A DNA stretch of 53,563 nt from a virus (taxonomy: Duplodnaviria; Caudoviricetes): positions 1-53,563 of the IMG/VR virus record IMGVR_UViG_3300006128_000015; one strand, given 5' to 3'. Below are positions 47,469 through 53,563 of this stretch, one piece after another. Below the pieces are notes generated by a model. That model was not told where the DNA came from. It made no database searches and saw only the letters and a program-made list of their open reading frames with translations. A program made the position numbers and the translations under genes. Numbering within the stretch: the stretch's first letter is position 1; each line of letters starts with the position of its first letter.

Positions 47469-47731
47469 TACTTGTTCCTCAGCGTAGCAGCATTGGTGTG
47501 GGGGTTATACTTATAATCACTTTTAGGTTTGCCCGACTTCTTGGACGCGCGGTCTATAGCCCGTTCTTCGGCAGTCATAGCGTCGCGCTTCTTCCCTTTG
47601 GCCGTGAGGTTGCCGTTAGGCTTCATATCCCCACGACCAATAAGCAAGGCTCGGGCAAGCCCTTCGCTACCAACCTGCGCTGTAAGGCGCGGCAACAACT
47701 CGTGTGCGCCAATATGAGCCCTAGTAACCAC
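47468..47731 (-). CDS. small basic hypothetical protein
   Basis: Single-base overlaps with the terminase and portal genes. Confidence 0.65.
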   Translation of the reverse strand: MVTRAHIGAHELLPRLTAQVGSEGLARALLIGRGDMKPNGNLTAKGKKRDAMTAEERAIDRASKKSGKPKSDYKYNPHTNAATLRNK

Positions 47732-49266
47732 TAATAAAACCCCTGCCCACGGTGGCTCTTGAAGTAACGCAATTCATCCGGTTCGTCTAGGTTAGTAGTA
47801 ATGTAACCGCCCTTACGGAACCTCATCATGGCCATACTTACAGTATCGGTGTAGTCGTCATGTTCAGCGCCGGGAAAACTGGCTACTTCTTCAATCACTT
47901 CTTCGGCCCACCGAGTAGCAGGGGCCCATACCCGTCCAGACGCAAAGAGGTCGCTTACAGCATTCAACCGGCTTATCTTGTCGTTGCCTCGGCTAGGAGT
48001 GAACTCCTGCACCGGAATACCCATCGACCGCATCTCGTAGATCAAAGGTGCGCCGGAAGCCTTCTTCTCGATTATCACGCTGTCCGGCTGCCATTCTTTG
48101 TACTCCTCGATGGCGCACTGCTTCAATGATGGGAACTCCATGCGGTCCCGAAAGGCGTTGAGGAGGATGATGTTGGCCTGTGGTGTACCTGTATCGTCGG
48201 GCTGGTAGAACACACCCCATGTAGTACACGCCGAATAGTCGGCGCGCTGGTGCTTCTCGAAAGCAGTATCCCATGCCTGCAGGATAAAGTCGCAGTTGGG
48301 TGGGTCGTCGCGGTCCCATATCTGCCACCATTCGCGCTTCACAATAGCGCTGGCATCCCCAGTCGGGTTTTGTTGGTACTGCGCCATCCACTTGGAATTA
48401 GGCAGTTCTTCTTTAAGGACTTCAAGCTCGGCCATCGGCCAAAACTCAGGCCACAGCGGGTTACCGCTAGGGAGGATGGCGGGAAACTCAATGACTTCCC
48501 ACTCGTCGCCGCCGCGCTGAGCAGCGGCCTTTAATACCTGTGCAGTTAGGTCTCGCTTCGACCATCGCGTCATAACGATGATAATTGCCCCACCCGGCTG
48601 CAAACGCTGCCGTGGACCTGAGGTGTACCACTCGTAAGTCTTGTCGTAGATGTCGGGGTTTACTTCAGCTAGCGCAGCTTCCTGTTCACTGTGAGGGTCG
48701 TCAATTATGAGAAGATCAGCACCTTTACCGGTAACTGCACCTCCCACACCGATAGCGAAGTAATCACCCCCTTTCGATGTATTCCACCGCCCGGCTGCCT
48801 TGCTATCCGTAGATAGAGACAAACCGGGGAAGACCCGGTGGTATTGGTCGGTATCGACCAGATTTCGAACCTTACGCCCGAATCCTACAGCAAGTTCTGC
48901 TGTGTGGCTAGTCTGAATTACTTTCTTGCCGGGGTATTTTCCGAGAAACCATGCAGGTAATAGGTAGGACGCAAACTCACTTTTTGTGTGGCGAGGCGGC
49001 ATGTTGATAATGAGGCGCTTACACTCGCCGCGAGCCACCCGTTCAAACGCTTCCGCCATCTTGGCATGGTGCCTACCCCCGATAAACGATGGCCACATCT
49101 GTTTGACGAAGCCAAGAAACTTATCTTGTGCCTGCTTAACCGCCTTCAGCTCTTCCAGCTTGTCCAGCTCGGCCAGCAGCTTCTCCTGCTCTGGTAGAGA
49201 CAAGAGGTGCAGTACCTTCGGGATATCCTTGATGGATATGTTGTCCAGCAGGGGGTTGGAAGCCAT
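47731..49266 (-). CDS. terL: terminase large subunit
   Basis: IINMPPRHTKS (Walker A), LIIDDP (Walker B), MTRW, WDTA, IEKKASG, HDDYTD nuclease motif. Confidence 0.95.
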   Translation of the reverse strand: MASNPLLDNISIKDIPKVLHLLSLPEQEKLLAELDKLEELKAVKQAQDKFLGFVKQMWPSFIGGRHHAKMAEAFERVARGECKRLIINMPPRHTKSEFASYLLPAWFLGKYPGKKVIQTSHTAELAVGFGRKVRNLVDTDQYHRVFPGLSLSTDSKAAGRWNTSKGGDYFAIGVGGAVTGKGADLLIIDDPHSEQEAALAEVNPDIYDKTYEWYTSGPRQRLQPGGAIIIVMTRWSKRDLTAQVLKAAAQRGGDEWEVIEFPAILPSGNPLWPEFWPMAELEVLKEELPNSKWMAQYQQNPTGDASAIVKREWWQIWDRDDPPNCDFILQAWDTAFEKHQRADYSACTTWGVFYQPDDTGTPQANIILLNAFRDRMEFPSLKQCAIEEYKEWQPDSVIIEKKASGAPLIYEMRSMGIPVQEFTPSRGNDKISRLNAVSDLFASGRVWAPATRWAEEVIEEVASFPGAEHDDYTDTVSMAMMRFRKGGYITTNLDEPDELRYFKSHRGQGFY

Positions 49267-49631
49267 TACTTCGTTGCTTCCCGCAGTGCATCGCGGATGC
49301 GATTACGCTCCGACTGCTCCCACTCACGTCGCTTCTCTACTTCGGGGTCGTGTTCCCAGTCCTCAAACTTCTTGTCCCAGTGCTTGTTCTGCTTCTCGTA
49401 GAGCTTCTTGAGCGCTTCGGTCTGGCCCGGGACATAAACTAGTTGTTCTTTAGTTGGCTGAGCATAGGTACGCAGCCACCAACCAAGGTGGAGTTTCTTC
49501 GTGCGCTTGCTATACCGCATCTCGATCCGCAACGGGCCGCACAACATCTGGCAGCCTACGGACAAACTCCGCCACGGGTAGAAGTTGAAGCCTTGACGGA
49601 TAGGCTCGCCCTCTTCACGAATATAGAACAT
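49266..49631 (-). CDS. hypothetical protein
   Basis: Fills the gap; TAATG overlap with terL. Confidence 0.65.
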   Translation of the reverse strand: MFYIREEGEPIRQGFNFYPWRSLSVGCQMLCGPLRIEMRYSKRTKKLHLGWWLRTYAQPTKEQLVYVPGQTEALKKLYEKQNKHWDKKFEDWEHDPEVEKRREWEQSERNRIRDALREATK

Positions 49632-49636
49632 ACCTA

Positions 49637-49825
49637 CTACTCTTCCACGTCCATGGCCTGCATCGTCAAATCCATCTTTATCATATCTAGGGCACCTACA
49701 ACAGCGGCTACGGGCACGTGGTGTACATGCTCATTAACAACCCGCGCCAAATCACGCATCAGGTTCTGAACCTCGGGATAATGCGGGGCGTAGCCCATAG
49801 ATACCACGTTGCTATCTTCACTCAC
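49637..49825 (-). CDS. small hypothetical protein
   Basis: GAGGG RBS; overlaps the upstream gene. Confidence 0.65.
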   Translation of the reverse strand: MSEDSNVVSMGYAPHYPEVQNLMRDLARVVNEHVHHVPVAAVVGALDMIKMDLTMQAMDVEE

Positions 49826-50429
49826 CCTCTATATCTCCCGTATTCTCGGCGTCTACCTCTTCAAACTCTGCGTCGTGAATCCCAAGCTCTTCCTCTAGGT
49901 CCATACCCAGAGGCTTAATATCTACTACTTCGGCGTTCAGCAGGCGCTTGACTCGCTCCTTAATGGCGTTCTCAAGGCTCTCGGGACTGTTGTAGTTGAT
50001 GTTAATCTCGCTCTTGCTGGTGAAGAGCCCAATATCGCTGTGCTTGCCGAGGAGCTCAATGGCCTTAAGTTCGTACTTAGCATCACCGCAGTCAGCTAGT
50101 TCAAGCAACTTAGTAGTTAGTGCTGTGCGCACTTGGACCACATCCATCGCCATTGATTGCCCATAGGATTTCAGGAACGCCGCTGCACCGAGCGCGGTGG
50201 GCAGGCTCTTTAGCAAGCCAGACTTCTGGTCCTTGATGGCCGACTCTAATAGGCGCTTCTCTTCTTTGAGTGTGGCGGGGTCAACCTCTACCGGGGCCCC
50301 TAGGGATTCGAGTAGCTCTGCCGTATTAGCGGCTGCCATCAACTCGTCAGCAAAAGAATTTAGCTCTTCGTCGTCTGTGCTGTAGGGGACTGGGTGGTCG
50401 TTACTAGGTTCTATCTTAACAACAGCCAT
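49818..50429 (-). CDS. putative terminase small subunit
   Basis: Helical; ELKAIELLGK....LF motif; acidic tail; upstream of terL. Confidence 0.6.
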   Translation of the reverse strand: MAVVKIEPSNDHPVPYSTDDEELNSFADELMAAANTAELLESLGAPVEVDPATLKEEKRLLESAIKDQKSGLLKSLPTALGAAAFLKSYGQSMAMDVVQVRTALTTKLLELADCGDAKYELKAIELLGKHSDIGLFTSKSEININYNSPESLENAIKERVKRLLNAEVVDIKPLGMDLEEELGIHDAEFEEVDAENTGDIEGE

Positions 50430-50460
50430 GAATAAGCATCCGCTTGTAGGAGCAAGGCGC

Positions 50461-50490
50461 TATATAGGCACGCAGATAGTAGTTAGTAAA
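50461..50490 (-). promoter_or_regulatory. possible late-module promoter
   Basis: TTTACT, 18 bp spacer, TATATA on the - strand, upstream of the terS-like gene. Confidence 0.45.
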
Positions 50491-50496
50491 GGGGTA

Positions 50497-50823
50497 TTAT
50501 TCTGGCGGTAGATGTGGGCACTTCTTCTGGCTACGTACCTCATGGTGTAGCTCTTTGAGCTCTTTAAATTCGGCCAATAGTACTTCATGGTCTTGCTGGG
50601 CCCGCAGTTCCCCCTCTTTGCCCAGTACCGATTGCCCTACCATGATGAGCGGTAAGAATATTAGCTGCAAGAACGCACTCGATACATACTGAACTATAGG
50701 GCTAATACTGGGGAAGAAGATCGGGGACACAGTCAAGAACGCAAATATATACACGCACCACATGGTGCCTACGGCCTTAGTAGCCCTAGCTGCGATCCAG
50801 TTATTTACGTCGTCAAGGGTCAT
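50497..50823 (-). CDS. DUF1003-like membrane protein
   Basis: IA..AT..VGTMW, two hydrophobic helices, LQL..LPLIMVGQ, RA..D. Confidence 0.65.
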   Translation of the reverse strand: MTLDDVNNWIAARATKAVGTMWCVYIFAFLTVSPIFFPSISPIVQYVSSAFLQLIFLPLIMVGQSVLGKEGELRAQQDHEVLLAEFKELKELHHEVRSQKKCPHLPPE

Positions 50824-50829
50824 CCCACA

Positions 50830-50858
50830 TTTATACTATACCTGCGCACGGGACTCAA
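50830..50858 (-). promoter_or_regulatory. sigma70-like promoter, probably leaderless
   Basis: TTGAGT, 17 bp spacer, TATAAA; the ATG lies 6 nt downstream of the -10 box. Confidence 0.55.
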
Positions 50859-50937
50859 CGGGTCCCTTATAGGGGGGTGTTTCTGGAACGCGATACTTAT
50901 TAAACGAACTACAAAAAACATAGGGGGTGGGGGGTGT

Positions 50938-50998
50938 AAAACTGAAATCGTGTCGTCGGATGTGCAAAACTGAAATCGTGTCGTCGGATGTGTAAAAC
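50938..50998. repeat. 28-bp tandem direct repeat (about 2.2 copies)
   Basis: AAAACTGAAATCGTGTCGTCGGATGTGY at 50938 and 50966. Confidence 0.92.
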
Positions 50999-51103
50999 AG
51001 TATGTAATATACAATGCGGAGTCCCATCTGGTGCTTTGGGGGGTGCCCCGCCCGTGGGGTCGCCCGGCGCTGGAAACAATGCCACCCTGCCACCACCCCG
51101 CGC

Positions 51104-51122
51104 GCCTAACGGCGTGTTAGGC
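51104..51122. promoter_or_regulatory. operator-like palindrome
   Basis: GCCTAAC-GGCGT-GTTAGGC; related copies at 51878, 52069, 52730 and 52798. Confidence 0.6.
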
Positions 51123-51237
51123 CGATAAAACCTAACAGAATCAAAGGCTTGCGATTTATCTTGCTTTATGTGCTACGTTTACCCCATAAGGATCATGCAG
51201 CGATGATGCTGCACATTAACGTAATGGAGCAAACGAC

Positions 51238-51807
51238 ATGACTGTTACCACTAAGAAAGCCTCTAAGGCTGAAGTCGCCCGTAATCAAACGGCCAAGGCC
51301 CATGCGCTTGCCAATACTAAGGCAATCGAGGTTACATGGGAAACCGCCTACGATAACGTGGTGAAAGGCGTTGGTTCGGAATTAGGCGCGGCGCGCATTT
51401 TGGGTGCCAAGCTCAACGAAGAATTTGCTGCTGAGATGGCTGCTTTTCAGTGCCACTGGTCATCTTTCACCACGGCGAATTGCCGGACGGACAACGAAAA
51501 GGCTATCCTCGCCCGGATTGAAGGGCACCGCAAAGCGATTCAGGCCATTGCGGAAGCCAGGCTAGGAACTGACGCGCGGGATATTCCGTGGAGCCGCGCC
51601 AAGGCTGCGAGTAAGGAATTGTTTGGGATAAAGCGTTTGGAGGCGACGCCTAAGCCACTGGAAAGCCGGATCAAGGAAACGCTGATCAAGCTAGGCAAGG
51701 CCGGACGGAAAGAGGAGCGGCCCACTGAAAGCGAGTTTACGCTTTGCAGTGAGATTGAACGGTTGCTTGTGACCTATTTCAAGTACGATACCTCACAGCT
51801 TGGCTAA
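51238..51807 (+). CDS. hypothetical early protein
   Basis: GGAGCAAAC RBS; monocistronic with its own terminator. Confidence 0.8.
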   Translation: MTVTTKKASKAEVARNQTAKAHALANTKAIEVTWETAYDNVVKGVGSELGAARILGAKLNEEFAAEMAAFQCHWSSFTTANCRTDNEKAILARIEGHRKAIQAIAEARLGTDARDIPWSRAKAASKELFGIKRLEATPKPLESRIKETLIKLGKAGRKEERPTESEFTLCSEIERLLVTYFKYDTSQLG

Positions 51808-51830
51808 TCACTTAGCTATCTAATCACCCG

Positions 51831-51861
51831 CCCCGCTAGGTTCGCCTAGCGGGGTTTTTTT
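51831..51861 (+). terminator. intrinsic terminator
   Basis: CCCCGCTAGG-TTCG-CCTAGCGGGG-TTTTTTT. Confidence 0.93.
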
Positions 51862-51951
51862 GTGCCTGCGCTCCGCGCCTAACGCCTGTTAGGTGATTAG
51901 CTAGTCCGCGCTTGAGCAGCACCTTGTATGTCTCATCCACCTAACCACCCA

Positions 51952-51983
51952 CCCCGCCAACCAGCCCCGCCAACCAGCCCCGC
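51952..51983. repeat. 13-bp C-rich tandem repeat
   Basis: CCCCGCCAACCAG x2 plus CCCCGC. Confidence 0.85.
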
Positions 51984-52038
51984 GTTATGACAGTGTTCAA
52001 AAGTTGTTAAGCGGCGACGCCGAGCGGTGATGACAGTG

Positions 52039-52568
52039 ATGTTATAATGTTAAGTGGATACGCAGCGACCTAACCAACGGTTAGATTGTTATACTGTTAT
52101 AATGTTAGCTGTTTTGGGGGTAATTTGAGGCTCCTAATGTTATAATGTGATATGTTATGAAACTAAGGTTGTTATAATGTTAACGTAACATTTGGTTCAA
52201 AACTAACCTAATGTTATATTGTTCATTCAAATGTTATTATCTTATCGATGAACATTAGATATGTAGACGCTAATCCTAATGTTATGTAAAAACGCATAAC
52301 AAATACCATAACATTAATCATAACATTATAAGCTACTGAAACTAAACGAAAAAACGGGTAATGTTATTTGTTATGTTTTTTTGAGGGTGCGCGGGCGATT
52401 TCCGCGTTTGAGGCACTGTGCAAGTGGAAGCTGAGCAGCCGTTGTAATGTTGAAAACCCCTATTATTATATTATTATATCATTACTACTACTAACACTAA
52501 GAAATCATTACGTTTTTTTCCGATTTCAAATGTTATTTTTAATGTTATGAAAAACCAAACATAACATT
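52039..52568. repeat. AT-rich array of AATGTTA(T) repeats; candidate replication origin
   Basis: 14 exact heptamers by manual count (10 forward, 4 reverse) plus degenerate TGTTAT copies, in a non-coding AT-rich island. Confidence 0.8.
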
Positions 52569-52660
52569 ACCCCTCGCTGCGCTCAGCCTGCTTCTCTCCG
52601 CTGCGCTTCGCTCCACTCAACTCCGTTTGCAGACTACTCTGCAAACCGAACCCACATCCA

Positions 52661-52689
52661 TTGACCCAAGCTATTTATTGTGCTACTAT
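52661..52689 (+). promoter_or_regulatory. sigma70-like early promoter
   Basis: TTGACC, 17 bp spacer, TACTAT with an extended TG. Confidence 0.8.
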
Positions 52690-52761
52690 AAAAGAAAAAA
52701 TCAGAGTACAGGGGGGCCGACCATTTCGGCCTAACGAGTGGTTAGATTTTAGGAGCGAACG

Positions 52762-52974
52762 ATGAAGCACAAGAAAGAGATTATTGACCCCGCCGACCCT
52801 AACGGGCGGTTAGAATTGGCCGCCGCCTTCGGCTGGCCTGCTGCATGGGATGCGTGCATTAAGGTGCTAACCGCACGAGAGGCAAAGGAGACCGACCGGC
52901 GCAAGAAGGTACGGCTGCGCCTGATGCTACTCAATGCACAAACCCAATACGAAGTAGTGACGAGCAACACCTAA
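52762..52974 (+). CDS. hypothetical early protein
   Basis: AGGAGCGAAC RBS downstream of the promoter. Confidence 0.7.
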   Translation: MKHKKEIIDPADPNGRLELAAAFGWPAAWDACIKVLTAREAKETDRRKKVRLRLMLLNAQTQYEVVTSNT

Positions 52975-52989
52975 CAAAGGAGCAGACCA

Positions 52990-53166
52990 ATGACCGAGTT
53001 TAAGTTTAGCAAAGAGCAACTGGATGCCGTTGCCCTACTGAGAGAAGCAGGCTGTGCCGTGGTCGTGTTCGACCCTGAGGAGCTCAAGGGGGTCGAGGAT
53101 AAGATCGACGACATCGAGGAGCGCCTGATCGAGCTGGGTTGGGACGTGATCGAGTATTGGAGGTAG
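52990..53166 (+). CDS. small acidic hypothetical protein (58 aa)
   Basis: Not in the track. Reads MTEFKFSKEQLDAVALLREAGCAVVVFDPEEL...; AAGGAGCAGAC RBS. Confidence 0.75.
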   Translation: MTEFKFSKEQLDAVALLREAGCAVVVFDPEELKGVEDKIDDIEERLIELGWDVIEYWR

Positions 53167-53167
53167 T

Positions 53168-53362
53168 ATGCACTGGTGTGTGCAGTGCGGGGGAGATGTC
53201 GCGCCTCGACGTGCAGACTTAGGTTACTTAACTTGCCTAACCTGTGGCGACCGCGAAGCAAGGAGCGTGAGGCACACCGTCGTGCCTATGAACAAGTCCA
53301 ACTACACAGTGATTACTAACCTAACAGAGTTAGCACAGCTGAACCCGAAAGGAGTGAGGTGA
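53168..53362 (+). CDS. small Zn-finger protein
   Basis: CVQCG...LGY.TCLTCG, VPMNKSNY; GGAGGT RBS. Confidence 0.75.
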   Translation: MHWCVQCGGDVAPRRADLGYLTCLTCGDREARSVRHTVVPMNKSNYTVITNLTELAQLNPKGVR

Positions 53363-53363
53363 A

Positions 53364-53563
53364 GTGGAAGCTAAACCAAGGGAACCGCCCGCAGTTCCGG
53401 AACTCCTCTGGCCCAAGTTAGTGGAGGGCTCGAAGACCTTCGCCGGATACGGATACGGATACAGAGACGGATACGGAGACGGATACGGATACGGAAACGG
53501 AAACGGAGACGGAAACAAAGACGGAGACGGATACGAAAACGGAGACGGAGACGGATACGGAGA
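53364..53563 (+). CDS. Gly-(Tyr/Asp/Asn) repeat protein, truncated by the window end
   Basis: GTG after GAGGTG; ...KTFAGYGYGYRDGYGDGYGYGNGNGDG... Confidence 0.65.
   Translation, partial: MEAKPREPPAVPELLWPKLVEGSKTFAGYGYGYRDGYGDGYGYGNGNGDGNKDGDGYENGDGDGYG
53445..53563 (+). repeat. hexamer tandem repeat GGA-[T/G/A]AC
   Basis: About 20 units running to the window end. Confidence 0.95.

Noticed and set aside
50938-50998. 28-bp repeats as a mini-CRISPR array
   Set aside because: The copies are directly adjacent with no spacer, and there is no cas operon.
52368-52550. 60-aa ORF in the AT-rich island (also 50820-51096 and 53330-53518)
   Set aside because: No RBS; the translations simply reflect the repeat or low-complexity DNA.
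1-53563. Genome-wide stop-codon reassignment
   Set aside because: Standard code 11 gives dense, full-length genes ending in TAA, TAG and TGA; only one in-frame stop anomaly was found.

Overview
The window is most of the genome of a tailed dsDNA bacteriophage. It looks podovirus-like: there is no tape measure or sheath gene, and it carries ejection proteins and a giant polyvalent protein. The host is Gram-negative (two-component spanins) and possibly an alphaproteobacterium (several -10 boxes lack the final T, and one transcript is probably leaderless); the host call is inference only. The + strand carries an early/replication module (51238-53563, continuing 1-12624): family A DNA polymerase, GT-A glycosyltransferase, DUF3310, Cas4-like nuclease, HNH protein, SNF2 helicase, SSB, HTH protein and primase-helicase. 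The - strand carries a late module (50823 to 12694): terminase, portal, GroES-like protein, scaffold, capsid, small basic head proteins, adaptors, tail fibres, lysis cassette, nozzle, ejection proteins and the 2228-aa polyvalent protein. Three unrelated free-standing endonucleases interrupt the late module. I saw no integrase, tRNA, CRISPR array or reverse transcriptase. The most notable unexplained signals are: (1) a terminator-capped small RNA-like hairpin at about 12631-12695 whose loop is the exact antisense of an extended RBS (AAGGAGCAAAC) used by about 10 early/replication genes, with variants that mostly keep G-U pairing; (2) a predicted double-pseudoknot leader at 40258-40329; (3) an ejection-protein gene split by one in-frame TAA; (4) an AATGTTA repeat array and CCTAAC-N5-GTTAG palindromes in the control region; (5) a shared [YFM]xxGG motif in probable head-packaged proteins. 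All product calls come from motif recognition by eye, not database searches.
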